Of a stretch of 64,000 nucleotides of DNA, positions 35,401-44,348 are shown in pieces. Every line of letters begins with the position of its first letter. The first letter of the stretch is position 1. The notes below the pieces were generated by a model. The model saw nothing but the letters and a program-made list of their open reading frames with translations. It was not told the DNA's origin and ran no database searches. Source of the DNA: an uncultured virus (IMG/VR IMGVR_UViG_3300027782_000069) (Duplodnaviria; Heunggongvirae; Uroviricota; Caudoviricetes); IMG/VR virus record IMGVR_UViG_3300027782_000069, one strand, 5' to 3'. The position numbers and the translations under genes are program-made.

Positions 35401-36720
35401 GTTTTTGAAGTTAATCAATATAATCACGGAATGCACGGTGCCAATAATTTAGTTAAAATCCAAAATATTTTACCCGATACAGCACCAATTGCATTGACCG
35501 CCAATCTTGGCACTAGTGATACTACAATATCTGTTGCAAGTACAACAACTTTTGGAACCTTTGAAGGTATTTCAACTGCTCGGGGTTATGTTTTAGTAGA
35601 AAATGAGGTTATTGAATATACAAATATTTCTGGTGGAGTTTTAACTATTGGAACAAGAGGTGTTAATGGTGCTGGAAATATTATCCCACATCCATCTGGA
35701 TCAGTGGCATATAGTTATCAAGCAAATGGTGTTTCACTGACTAGAATTAATACTACGCACACATTACCATCGAATGCAACTTTAGTTAGTGCAAAATCTC
35801 TAGACAGATATTATTTGGAAATTGATAGGGGAAGTAGAGCATCTGGAACTGGGCAATTGAGTTTTGCTGATGAAAAAGCATTAGGTGGAAATAAGATTCA
35901 AATTTCACAAAATCATCAATTTAGTAATATAGAACCTAGATTCAATATTATTACACCAGGAAAGGGAACAACAATTTCTTCAAAAATTAGAACCGTAAGT
36001 GGTACTAGTGCTGGTGGATCCGAAGTTTCATTCATTGATCAAGGATATGAGACAGTTACATTAAATAAAACTTCTTTCTTAAGCACGCCAAGAATGGTTT
36101 GCTCACAAATAAATGAAACTACAAGATTGACTACATTACCTCTCAATAAATCATTAACTCTGAGAATTAGTCTTTCATCTCAAGATTCCAATCTTTCTCC
36201 GGTTCTTGATATGCAAAATACTACATTCATTTTGGGTAGGAATAGAATAAATCGACCAATTGCAGATTATACTATCGATAGTAGGTGCAAGTTGAACTCT
36301 GGTGACCCACATAGTGCCGTTTACATTACCAATAGAATTGATTTGCAGCAACCTGCAACTTCACTTAAAGTTCTTCTTTCTGCCTGTAGATTGCCAGAAT
36401 CAGATTTCAGAGTTTTATATAAACTCTTTAAGGGTGATTCTAGTGAAGTTGAACAATCATATATTTTATTCCCAGGTTATGATAATATGAGAGATACCAA
36501 TGGTGATGGATATGGTGATCTTGTTATTGATGCTGCTAAAAATACTGGTAGAGCAGATAAGATTGTTAATGCAAGTAATAGAGATCAATTCTTAGAATAT
36601 CAGTTTACTGCACAAAATCTAGATCCATTTACAGGATTTGTTGTTAAAGTCGTAATGACCTCTTCTAGCGAATCTTCTCCAATGAGATTCAAAGATTTCA
36701 GAGCAATTGCACTTGCATAA
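29473..36720 (+). CDS. large virion structural protein (VrlC/DUF4815-like)
   Basis: SPYFDDFD...LFKPGYPVQARELT, APGADR, DPLAQSF; usual position after gp8 in cyanomyoviruses. Confidence 0.8.
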   Translation: MPQKTNLNISPYFDDFDKNDNFYRVLFKPGYPVQARELTNLQSILQNQIESFGSHIFKEGSMVIPGSVTYDNRYFCVKVNPDHLGIDITVYLKDLIGKRVKGQDSGIIASIKNYTLPPDEGIEDITIYIKYLDSGNDFQISQFPDGEILILEENITYGNTTINSGDTILTVLSQNATAVGSAVGLDQGVYFIRGTFVDVQKDQIVLEPYSTTPSYRVGLNILEEIVTANDDTTLNDNARGFSNYAAPGADRFKISVNLTKKSLDDFEDTNFVELVRVDRGEIKKLQNATTYSEIQKYLAKRTFEESGNYAIDPFTVDVLNSLNDEISSQGVYVESQKTEEGNTPSDDLMCVRVSPGRAYVKGFDVSLDGSRIIDVPKPRTTKTINEALIPFEMGNRLKVNNVYGTPIIGLSNTNTIKLYNKRRNTSTTNAGTGTQIGEARIYSFGVSDAPYSNATTEWDLYLFDVQTYTALTLSLGITGTECPATSYVRGLSSGASGYVVSDPSSTLVTLTQTSGNFLVGEQIIINENLETTRNIQSVTAYTTSDIKSVYQDSNGINASMGCDFIADTVLYRTIPSGFNLTDRISVTTGGIVTCPGRTFLGIKIDSIIRYQKAGSSTETFNRVSAVAGDGLSMTVVALDSDVSGICDKTLPSSATETTTFSIGNPQLLNVDKASLYTPLPKKNISSVGLDNSNLLISSQVTGKSTNANGQLTVNLSDVTGITSAFFEAYDAEKYSIHYSNGTIAANTSSQFSLGSNGGSVTFTGLTASQSNVSVNVTLKKSRISSKSKNYIRSEKLVIDKTSGVSTVTSGLTTSKYYGLRVEDAEISLNLPDVANVIAIYQSVDTNQPILDKLTFVSGLALDTNTIVGEKIIGSKSRAIGQLVTRSSPTEIEFVYLNSRLFEVGETVTFKESNIETNIQGITKGSYLSLTSNYTLDKGQKDQYCDYSKLVRTQGGIVPSKQLLAIFNYYQIQSGNSGDIFTVNSYTKDRFTNDIPLLSNNLRATDTLDFRPRVSKFTSTSASPFAFSSRSFESTVNYIITPNESSLVGYSYYLPRIDKVTLNKLGQVSVIVGAPAEVPAPPVDVDDAMDLAEITLPAYLYDPKVGVNYKLYDNRRFTMRDIAALESRIKNIEINTSLNLLELDTQSLQIQDADGLSRFKTGFIADDFKNLDLIDTKNADVKCDVDTSKGELISPVDFWSINSELALDSGIDRTTADYSTNLKLLDPNTRKTGDLITLNYEEVGWLEQPQASNVENVNPFNVIEYVGGIFLDPAADNWVRTIYVDDVRTESTGAQWVEKSNTATDVNVDVQNIGGDIATTTTTTRTTSFTNVLEGPSREFTYVESVKISGDTDPWMRSRNVYFATSGLKPFTQHYHYLDKIANVDFVPKLMEIEMISGTFQVDEIVRGHLGSEGLVIRFICRAPNHKQSIVPELSTSTYTVSPYDRTSTLGTSYSPSSTVLNVGARLLATDMTNYGGFVVPGVILSGESSGAVARVTNVRLITDNYGDLVGTFFIRDANLTPPPPIKIQSGQREFKITAAPPGITPLPGSTTYASNASTTYSGSGVILHQNTNTVNVRNPPKPSDRPSEVDVNVDVSVERRRAGKDPLAQSFTVDETGAFLTGMDVYFATKDPNAKLFVEIRTVELGTPTNQLVQDYARTALEPNQINVSSDASVPTRITFPSPIYLESGREYAAVFLAPTSDLFEMWVGTMGKKTVRTSNLPDVQSVVVTKQYSGGSLFKSQNGTIWTASQYQDLTFKLYKAKFVKTGDVVFYNGGVDAGSKNVSNIPNNGIKTLPKKLKVGITNTSSLGAILTPGRKVGEGATNATSTTGIIEKIGGPINTLGVTTGIGYSGSSATYSSVPLYSISGNGSGALADITTNSSGTITGVSIVSASKGNGYALGDSLGVTTSYFGKGSGAVLTVSAVNGIDTLYLTNVQGESFTNAQDLIYYAGTTRTTSGTTIRGSSSQVNDLYSGKVFEVNQYNHGMHGANNLVKIQNILPDTAPIALTANLGTSDTTISVASTTTFGTFEGISTARGYVLVENEVIEYTNISGGVLTIGTRGVNGAGNIIPHPSGSVAYSYQANGVSLTRINTTHTLPSNATLVSAKSLDRYYLEIDRGSRASGTGQLSFADEKALGGNKIQISQNHQFSNIEPRFNIITPGKGTTISSKIRTVSGTSAGGSEVSFIDQGYETVTLNKTSFLSTPRMVCSQINETTRLTTLPLNKSLTLRISLSSQDSNLSPVLDMQNTTFILGRNRINRPIADYTIDSRCKLNSGDPHSAVYITNRIDLQQPATSLKVLLSACRLPESDFRVLYKLFKGDSSEVEQSYILFPGYDNMRDTNGDGYGDLVIDAAKNTGRADKIVNASNRDQFLEYQFTAQNLDPFTGFVVKVVMTSSSESSPMRFKDFRAIALA

Positions 36721-36724
36721 TATT

Positions 36725-36931
36725 ATGATTCCAGTAGAAGGACATAAAAATCTCTATAGGGATGAAAAAAGCGGAGCCATTATTAATAATGACTCCGCAG
36801 GTTATGCCCAATATATGAGATTAAAGAATGAAAAGAAAAAACAACGTGAAGAAATAGATCAGATAAAAACTGATATTGCAGAAATAAAATTTTTATTACA
36901 GGAGATGCTAAATGGATCCAAAAGAGATTGA
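36725..36931 (+). CDS. small coiled-coil hypothetical protein
   Basis: VEGHKNLYRDEKSGAIIN. Confidence 0.7.
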   Translation: MIPVEGHKNLYRDEKSGAIINNDSAGYAQYMRLKNEKKKQREEIDQIKTDIAEIKFLLQEMLNGSKRD

Positions 36932-37082
36932 ACTTGAAAGTATTGGCAAACTATTTGAATATGAAAAGCACTCTAGATTTATTGATGATTTAGATATTGG
37001 AGAGTTAAGAACCTTTGCCAAACTTTACTGTAAAATGTATCTAAAACAGCAAGAGGTTATTTCCAGTATTGGAATTGCGTGA
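36912..37082 (+). CDS. 56-aa protein, possible NblA-like (not in ORF track)
   Basis: GGAG SD; MDPKEIELESIGKLFEYEKHSRFIDDLDIGELRTFAKLYCKMYLKQQEVISSIGIA. Confidence 0.6.
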   Translation: MDPKEIELESIGKLFEYEKHSRFIDDLDIGELRTFAKLYCKMYLKQQEVISSIGIA

Positions 37083-37083
37083 G

Positions 37084-37091
37084 TATAAATA
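37084..37091 (+). promoter_or_regulatory. T4-type late promoter
   Basis: TATAAATA. Confidence 0.8.
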
Positions 37092-37121
37092 TATTTTAGA
37101 TCCTGACACTATTTTTTATAA

Positions 37122-37349
37122 ATGGCGGATATTAAGGTCAGAATAGGGCAACAAAACGCTGTAAAGGTTATATCTTCACTTGCGGGAGCTCAAGGTCTGT
37201 CTTTAAGTGAACTTAGTGATGTAAATGCAACCAATCTGTTGGATGGAATGGTTCTTGTTTATAATGCAGCGACTAGAAAATGGGATGCTACATTAACATT
37301 AACCCCAGGCGCTACGCAGAATTTAGACATCAACGGAGGAAATTTCTAA
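37122..37349 (+). CDS. small virion-associated protein
   Basis: LSELSDV..DGMVLVYN..W motif; ends INGGNF. Confidence 0.7.
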   Translation: MADIKVRIGQQNAVKVISSLAGAQGLSLSELSDVNATNLLDGMVLVYNAATRKWDATLTLTPGATQNLDINGGNF

Positions 37350-37350
37350 A

Positions 37351-39015
37351 ATGGCAAGTATTATCAGGATCAAAAGATCTGCTGGTACTAATAAACCTTC
37401 TAGTCTAAATTGGGGTGAATTAGCATACGTAACTGGTATAGGTAGTTACGGTGGAAGTAACCAATATAAAGATAGAATTTTTGTTGGTGATGACGGCACT
37501 AACGCAAATCCAGTTGGAGGTTATTATTACACCTCCATGATGGAGCACCAGCCTGGTATTATTGCTGGTGTTACGAATACAAGAAACTCGGACGGTGGAA
37601 TTGTTGCAGTCCTAGATAGCAACAGAAAAGTTGATCAATGGAATGTAGATAATTTACGTTTAGATGGAAATACGTTCTCATCACAAAATACTGATGGTGA
37701 TATTGTTCTAGATCCAAATGGAACTGGTGAAATTAATATTATTGATGACACATATCTAAGTTTTGGTAATGATAAGGATGTAAAACTAAGATATGATGAA
37801 GCAACCGATAATAGATTTGAAATTGAAGGTGCTGATTGGGCATTTGCTGATGGAGTAGCAATTAATATTGGTGATATAACCGAATCCACCAATAAGGACA
37901 ATGGTGCTCTTGTAGTTGAGGGTGGTGTTGGAATTGAGAAAAACTTAAATGTTGGTGGATCAATAAACATTAGTGGAACATCAATATTTGATTCTATTAA
38001 AATTGAAAATAATGTAATATCAACATTACCTGGTAGTGGTGATACTCTATACATTGATCCATATCCCGATGGATTAAGTGGCGATGGAACAGTTGTTATT
38101 AAAGGCAATCTTCATGTTGACGGAACAACTACTTCCGTAAATTCAACTGTTTTATCAATTAATGACCCAATAATTGTTATTGGTGATGTAACAAGCACTA
38201 GAACTGTTATGTCGCCAGTGGCATCTGGCGTTTCAACAATTACCATTGATTCAATAGTTGGTATCAATACTGGAGATGTCATTCAGGGTAGTGCATCATT
38301 ACCTAATAGTGGTATAACAACTATTACAGCATATAATAGTGCCACAAAAATTATTACAATTCAAGGAACCACAACTGCTGGAATTACTACAACTACACAA
38401 TTAACAATTACACACGCATTTGATACTAATACTGATCGTGGTGTTGCCTTTGATTATAATACTGGTGTAGGTACAGCAAACAATAAGACTGGATTTTTTG
38501 GTTATATTGATGGTACAAATGTTGGTAGTGCTGCAACAGCAAGATCATGGACTTACATTCCAGATTCCACAATTACATCTCCTGGAAATGTAACTGGAAC
38601 AAGAGGATATCTTGATGTTAAAGGTATTTACTACCAAACTGGTGATTTTAATACTAATGGTATTGTATATTTTGATTCTAATGGACTACAAACATCAACA
38701 AATAATCCATCATCCACAACATTAACATCTAAACAGGTATTAACTGCTATTACTGAAATTAACTTAGTTTTTGCAAGTCCAGTTTCAGTAACTCAAGGTG
38801 ATCTTATTCTTCAAGATACCAGTTCTGCTTATGGTGTGGTAAAAACAACAGCAACATCATCAACTATTACCTTAGTTGGAGTTGAGGGAACCTTTACAAA
38901 TACTTATAATGTACAAAAAAATAGTGTAAGTCTTGGAGCAACTCCCTCAACAGTTACCACCATATATACTAACAAACCTACTTGGACTTCTACATTAGAC
39001 GGGGGAACATTCTAA
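37351..39015 (+). CDS. tail fibre-like structural protein
   Basis: IRIKRS...LNWGELA, GALVVEGGVGIEKNLNVGG repeat, ends LDGGTF. Confidence 0.75.
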   Translation: MASIIRIKRSAGTNKPSSLNWGELAYVTGIGSYGGSNQYKDRIFVGDDGTNANPVGGYYYTSMMEHQPGIIAGVTNTRNSDGGIVAVLDSNRKVDQWNVDNLRLDGNTFSSQNTDGDIVLDPNGTGEINIIDDTYLSFGNDKDVKLRYDEATDNRFEIEGADWAFADGVAINIGDITESTNKDNGALVVEGGVGIEKNLNVGGSINISGTSIFDSIKIENNVISTLPGSGDTLYIDPYPDGLSGDGTVVIKGNLHVDGTTTSVNSTVLSINDPIIVIGDVTSTRTVMSPVASGVSTITIDSIVGINTGDVIQGSASLPNSGITTITAYNSATKIITIQGTTTAGITTTTQLTITHAFDTNTDRGVAFDYNTGVGTANNKTGFFGYIDGTNVGSAATARSWTYIPDSTITSPGNVTGTRGYLDVKGIYYQTGDFNTNGIVYFDSNGLQTSTNNPSSTTLTSKQVLTAITEINLVFASPVSVTQGDLILQDTSSAYGVVKTTATSSTITLVGVEGTFTNTYNVQKNSVSLGATPSTVTTIYTNKPTWTSTLDGGTF

Positions 39016-39018
39016 TTC

Positions 39019-39234
39019 ATGCAAAATAATAGTGAAGTTGATGTTAATTTATTGGTCAATTTATATCATCAAAAAATAGCACAGTTATCAAATCAAAATA
39101 TTTTACTAGAAGCAAAATTACAAACTTTGACTAAAGATTTTGCAGAAGAAAAAAATGCATTATTGGAAGAAAACTTGGAAATACAAGAAAAATATAATGC
39201 TCTAGTAAAATCCAACAATAACGAATCTGAGTAA
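39019..39234 (+). CDS. coiled-coil hypothetical protein
   Basis: heptad-rich 71-aa ORF. Confidence 0.7.
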   Translation: MQNNSEVDVNLLVNLYHQKIAQLSNQNILLEAKLQTLTKDFAEEKNALLEENLEIQEKYNALVKSNNNESE

Positions 39235-39240
39235 AAGAAA

Positions 39241-40077
39241 ATGGCACAACCAGCAAGTAGACAACAACTTATAGATTACTGTCTAAGAAGGCTGGGTGCT
39301 CCTGTATTGGAGATTAACGTTGATGACGACCAAATAGATGATTTGGTTGATGACGCCCTACAATACTTCCAGGAGCGCCATTTTGATGGCGTTGAAAGAA
39401 TGTATCTTAAGCACCAGATAACTCAGGATGACATTAATAGGGGTAAGGCAAGTTCTAAGGCACCGGTTGGTCCTGGTATCGTAACTACAACCGCAACCTC
39501 AACCACCAATATAGTATCAAGTTGGACAGAAGCTTCAAATTATATTCAAGTTCCAGATTCTGTTATTGGTATTGAAAATGTATTCAAATTTGATACTAGT
39601 TCTATTTCTGGTGGTATGTTTAGTATAAAATATCAGTTATTTTTGAATGATTTGTATTACTTCAACTCTGTTGAACTTTTACAATATTCAATGGTTAAAT
39701 CATATCTATCGGATATTGATTTCTTATTGACAACAGACAAGCAACTAAGATTTAATAAGAGGCAGAATAGATTGTATATGGATATTGATTGGGGAGCACA
39801 GACTGCAGGAAACTTTCTTATTTTGGATTGTTATAGAATCTTAAATCCAAATGACTTCACAAAAGTTTATAATGATAGTTTTTTAAAGAAATATTTAACT
39901 TCCCTAATCAAAAAACAGTGGGGACAAAACTTAATTAAATTTAGAGGAGTTAAACTTCCAGGAGGAATTGAACTCAATGGTAGGGAAATATATGAAGATG
40001 CTGAAAGAGAACTAGATAAACTCAAAGAGATAATGGCATTAGAGCACGAACTTCCACCATATGATTTTATTGGATAA
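39241..40077 (+). CDS. gp13: neck protein gp13
   Basis: YCLRRLGAPVLEINV, QWGQNLIKF.GVKLPGGIELNG. Confidence 0.92.
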   Translation: MAQPASRQQLIDYCLRRLGAPVLEINVDDDQIDDLVDDALQYFQERHFDGVERMYLKHQITQDDINRGKASSKAPVGPGIVTTTATSTTNIVSSWTEASNYIQVPDSVIGIENVFKFDTSSISGGMFSIKYQLFLNDLYYFNSVELLQYSMVKSYLSDIDFLLTTDKQLRFNKRQNRLYMDIDWGAQTAGNFLILDCYRILNPNDFTKVYNDSFLKKYLTSLIKKQWGQNLIKFRGVKLPGGIELNGREIYEDAERELDKLKEIMALEHELPPYDFIG

Positions 40078-41489
40078 TGGCACTTAATCCCTTTTTTCTT
40101 CAAGGATCATCATCGGAGCAAAGACTTGTTCAGGATTTAATCAATGAACAGTTGAAGATTTATGGTGTTGAAGTAACATATATTCCAAGAAAGTTTGTCA
40201 ATAGAAAAACAGTAATAGAAGAAGTTCAATCTTCAAAATTTGATGACAATTATTCTATAGAAGCATATGTAAATACTTACGAAGGATATTCTGGTGCTGG
40301 AGATATCCTCACAAAATTTGGAATGAGTCTGAGAGATGAGTTAACTTTAACTATTTCAAAAGAAAGATTTGAAGATTTTATAGCGCCATTTATGGGTGCT
40401 TTAGATGATGGAACGGGAACAGGTGAAATAGTTCTATCATCCAGACCAAGAGAAGGTGATCTCATCTATTTTCCTTTAGGTGAAAGACTTTTTGAAGTTA
40501 AATTCGTTGAGCATGAGCAACCATTTTATCAACTTGGAAGAAATTATGTTTATGAACTTAAGTGTGAACTCTTTGAATATGAAGATGAAGTTATCGATAC
40601 TTCCCTAGAAGAAATTGATACTCAGGTAGTGGATCAAGGTTATATCTCAACATTAAATCTAGTTGCGCTTGGAAGAACATCAACATATTCAGCATCTATT
40701 GCATCCGGATATATTAGAAAAATATTTTTAAATAATGATGGATATAGTTACAGTTCTCCGCCTAAAATTGCAATAACACCATCGCCAACAGGACAAATTG
40801 GTGATAACGCAGTTGCTGTTGCGATTGGAACTTATAAAGGAAGATCTTTTGCAATACAAGACTTATATCTAACAAATGCTGGATCTGGATATACTGTTGC
40901 ACCATCAATCACATTTTTGGGTGGAGGTGGAACAGGTGCTGCAGCAACTTGTTCTATAGAAACAACACAAAATGGTATAATCAGATTCAATATGGTTGAT
41001 GGAGGATCTGGATATACAACAGTTCCTACTATTTCCATTAGTGGATCTGTTGGAACTGGACAAACTGCAGTAGGTATTGCATCTCTAGGAACAGATAATA
41101 ATATTAGATCTATCAACATTGCAAATCCTGGCATAGGGTATACTTCAAGTCCAACAGTCGTTGTATCCAATCCAACAATATTTACTGGTATTGGAACCTA
41201 TCAATTTAATGAAATTGTTAGGGGATCTCAGTCACAAACAAGAGCAAGAGTTAAGCAATGGGATAAAGATACTAATGTGCTTAAGATTTCTTTTGTCGGA
41301 ATTGGTGAGACAACTGGTGGATTTATTCCAGGAGAAACTATCATAGGAACAAAGTCTGGAGCACTATATTCTGTTGACGATTTTAATCAAATGGATTTAT
41401 ACGATAAATATAGTCAAAATGATGAGATTGAGGGCGAAGCCGATCTCATTATAGATTTTTCAGAATCAAATCCATTTGGCAATTACTGA
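40077..41489 (+). CDS. gp14: neck protein gp14 with internal extension
   Basis: EQRLVQDLINE, RPREGDLIYFP, PFYQLG, C-terminal DFSESNPFG. Confidence 0.9.
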   Translation: MALNPFFLQGSSSEQRLVQDLINEQLKIYGVEVTYIPRKFVNRKTVIEEVQSSKFDDNYSIEAYVNTYEGYSGAGDILTKFGMSLRDELTLTISKERFEDFIAPFMGALDDGTGTGEIVLSSRPREGDLIYFPLGERLFEVKFVEHEQPFYQLGRNYVYELKCELFEYEDEVIDTSLEEIDTQVVDQGYISTLNLVALGRTSTYSASIASGYIRKIFLNNDGYSYSSPPKIAITPSPTGQIGDNAVAVAIGTYKGRSFAIQDLYLTNAGSGYTVAPSITFLGGGGTGAAATCSIETTQNGIIRFNMVDGGSGYTTVPTISISGSVGTGQTAVGIASLGTDNNIRSINIANPGIGYTSSPTVVVSNPTIFTGIGTYQFNEIVRGSQSQTRARVKQWDKDTNVLKISFVGIGETTGGFIPGETIIGTKSGALYSVDDFNQMDLYDKYSQNDEIEGEADLIIDFSESNPFGNY

Positions 41490-42289
41490 TGTTAGGAACT
41501 TATTTTTATCACGAAATCATAAGAAAAACTATTGTTTCTTTTGGTACTCTATTCAATCAAATTCACATTAGGCATCAAGATTCTAATGATACTAGCATCA
41601 GTGACATAAGGGTTCCTTTGGCATATGGACCTACTCAAAAGTTTCTTGCAAGAATAGATCAACAACCAGAGTTAAATAAACCCATTGCGATGACATTACC
41701 TAGAATGTCATTTGAGATGACTTCTATTCAATATGATTCCACAAGAAAGGCAAATATTACTCAAACATTTAAAACTTTAGATAGTGGCGGAAACTTGAAA
41801 AAAGTTTTTATGCCAGTTCCATACAATATTGGATTTGAACTAAGCATTCTAACAAAGTTAAATGATGATGCTCTTCAAATTGTAGAGCAAATTTTACCAT
41901 TCTTTCAACCATCTTTTAATTTAACAATTGATTTAGTCGATTCTATTGGCGAAAAAAGAGATATTCCTATCACCCTGAATAATATATCATTTCAAGACGA
42001 TTATGAGGGAGATTTTTCAACAAGAAGAGCATTAATTTACACTTTAGGATTTACTGCCAAAACTTACTTATTTGGTCCAATCTCAGATACTACAGATGGA
42101 CTTATCCGTAAGGTACAGGTTGATATATATGCCGGAACAGATACTGCCATTGCTAAGAGGGAAATGAGATATACAGTAACTCCAGATCCAATTGATGCAA
42201 ATGCAGATGACAACTTTGGATTTAATGAGGAATGGAGTTTCTTTGATGATTCTAAAAATTATAGCCCGACTCAACAGAAAGATATCTAA
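41489..42289 (+). CDS. gp15: tail sheath stabiliser/completion gp15
   Basis: YFYHEIIRK...FGTLFN, VPLAYGP.QKFLAR, PVPYN. Confidence 0.92.
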   Translation: MLGTYFYHEIIRKTIVSFGTLFNQIHIRHQDSNDTSISDIRVPLAYGPTQKFLARIDQQPELNKPIAMTLPRMSFEMTSIQYDSTRKANITQTFKTLDSGGNLKKVFMPVPYNIGFELSILTKLNDDALQIVEQILPFFQPSFNLTIDLVDSIGEKRDIPITLNNISFQDDYEGDFSTRRALIYTLGFTAKTYLFGPISDTTDGLIRKVQVDIYAGTDTAIAKREMRYTVTPDPIDANADDNFGFNEEWSFFDDSKNYSPTQQKDI

Positions 42290-42300
42290 TATAAAACAAT

Positions 42301-42720
42301 ATGGCAAATTATGATAGTATCAATAAAGCATTGAATACTGAAAGTAGTATAGTTGAAGTCGAAAAAATTGAGACTCAGATACAGATTCCCCCAATAAAAC
42401 AAGATGATATTAAAAAAGATTATGAATACACAAGAGCAAATTTATATTCTTTGATTGAAAAGGGTCAAGAAGCAATTAATGGAATTATGGAACTTGCGGG
42501 AGAGGGAGGGAGCGCAAGGGCATATGAAGTTGCTGGACAACTCATTAAGAGTGTTGCGGATACAACTGATAAGTTGATTGACTTGCAGAAAAAACTAAAA
42601 GATATTGAAGAAGACAGTCCGAAGACAACAAATAATGTCACCAATAATGCACTGTTTGTTGGGTCAACCTCAGAGTTATCAAAAATACTTAAACAAGGTT
42701 TTCTAAATAATAAAGAGTAA
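42301..42720 (+). CDS. gp16: terminase small subunit gp16
   Basis: DYEYTRANL...RAYEVAGQLIK...NNALFVGSTSEL. Confidence 0.9.
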   Translation: MANYDSINKALNTESSIVEVEKIETQIQIPPIKQDDIKKDYEYTRANLYSLIEKGQEAINGIMELAGEGGSARAYEVAGQLIKSVADTTDKLIDLQKKLKDIEEDSPKTTNNVTNNALFVGSTSELSKILKQGFLNNKE

Positions 42721-42736
42721 AAAAAATAATAGCATT

Positions 42737-44341
42737 TTGAATCATTTAAAACCCCATAAATCAGTAGAGCAGATTGCTAAGAAGCATCGTCTTGACGTGT
42801 CTTTTATTGCACATCAACTCGCTATGGGGGAACCAATTGAGCACGAGCACACTAAAGATCATAAACTTGCTATGGACATTGCTCTACAGCATTTAGATGA
42901 AATACCAGATTATTATACTCGTTTGAAAAAAATGGAAGCATCTGCCAAAAAAGAACATAAAAAGTTCAAAGATGTGAAAGAAGCACTTGATGGTAAGTCT
43001 GCGAGAGATCCTGACTATTCATTAAAGGATTGGTTTAATGACGAATGGGTACAAACTGGTGGAAAGTATGATGGGAAACCTTGTGCCAAACAACCAGGAC
43101 AAACAACAAAACCATATTGTAGAGATCCTGATGATCGTGCTGCGATGAGTAAGGAAGAAAGAAATAAAAGATCTACTAAAAAACGTAAAGAAGATCCAAA
43201 CCCAAATAGATCAGGTAAAGCAAAAATGGTAACTCAAGAATCTGCTGGTGAAAAAGATGCTTGCTATAAAAAGGTGAAATCTAGATATAAAGTTTGGCCA
43301 AGTGCATATGCATCTGGAGCACTGGTCAAATGCCGCAAAGTAGGTGCAGATAGTTGGGGAACAAAAAGTGAAAGTACAGATTCACTTGATTATGATTGGA
43401 ATACTCCAATTCGTGAAAGAGCAGATAGGTATTGTCCAAAATGTGAAAAACTTGAGACAAGAAGTGATTGTAAATATGGTCCAAGATATTGGGATATGTT
43501 TTCTTTACCAGCGGAGTTAGTTACTTCAAAAAAGGAGTATAATACAATAATGCCACATCCAGCAAATGAATCCAAAGAGTATGATCACGAACATTCAATG
43601 GCACGCTCCGAAATCTCCACAATTATTGGTGCGGCAAAGAGATTGAAGAAAAAAATTGGTAAAGGAGAAGGTAATATTGAGGCGTGGGTTCAATCCAAGA
43701 TTACAAAAGCAGCAGATTATATTGATGCTGCTGCAGATTATGTTGATAGTGGTGAGATGAAGAAGGAATCTGTAAATATTGAAGATGCTAATGGAAATCA
43801 TTATGCAGAGTTTATTGATATTATAAAAACCCAACCACTAAAAGCAAGTAGAGGTATTGGAAGTAGATTAGTTGGAGAAAGTATTTCTAGTGAACCAAAG
43901 TTAAAACCACTATCTGGTCTTGGTGGTGGAAAACCAGTTTATGAGAAAGGAAAAGAACCAAAACCAACAGGTGCAGAATTACCAAAACTTCCATTAGCAC
44001 AGAAGAAAACTAAATTGCAGGTTGCACATTACGAACCAAAAATAAAATCATTCACCGAATTTATGAGTGAAGCAAAAAAATCAGAGATGAAGTGCAACTC
44101 CCCAAAGGCCGAACCCGTGGGTGATTCTCTCACAGGAAAATCTCACGTAGTTAAAGCGTGTGAGGATGGGAAAGAAAAACTCATTCGTTTTGGTCAAAGA
44201 GGTGTAAAGGGTTCTCCAAAGAAAAAAGGTGAATCAAAGGAATATGCAAGTCGTCGTCATAGATTTCAAACTAGACACGCAAAAAATATTGCTAAAGGTA
44301 AAATGTCTGCAGCCTTTTGGTCGAATAAAGTGAAGTGGTAA
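42737..44341 (+). CDS. mosaic, highly charged late protein (possible internal head protein)
   Basis: EHEHTKD..AMDIALQHLDEIPDYYTRL, WPSAYASGALVKCRK and KLIRFGQ...SAAFWSNKVKW modules; TTG start after CTAAATA. Confidence 0.65.
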   Translation: MNHLKPHKSVEQIAKKHRLDVSFIAHQLAMGEPIEHEHTKDHKLAMDIALQHLDEIPDYYTRLKKMEASAKKEHKKFKDVKEALDGKSARDPDYSLKDWFNDEWVQTGGKYDGKPCAKQPGQTTKPYCRDPDDRAAMSKEERNKRSTKKRKEDPNPNRSGKAKMVTQESAGEKDACYKKVKSRYKVWPSAYASGALVKCRKVGADSWGTKSESTDSLDYDWNTPIRERADRYCPKCEKLETRSDCKYGPRYWDMFSLPAELVTSKKEYNTIMPHPANESKEYDHEHSMARSEISTIIGAAKRLKKKIGKGEGNIEAWVQSKITKAADYIDAAADYVDSGEMKKESVNIEDANGNHYAEFIDIIKTQPLKASRGIGSRLVGESISSEPKLKPLSGLGGGKPVYEKGKEPKPTGAELPKLPLAQKKTKLQVAHYEPKIKSFTEFMSEAKKSEMKCNSPKAEPVGDSLTGKSHVVKACEDGKEKLIRFGQRGVKGSPKKKGESKEYASRRHRFQTRHAKNIAKGKMSAAFWSNKVKW

Positions 44342-44348
44342 AAATTAA

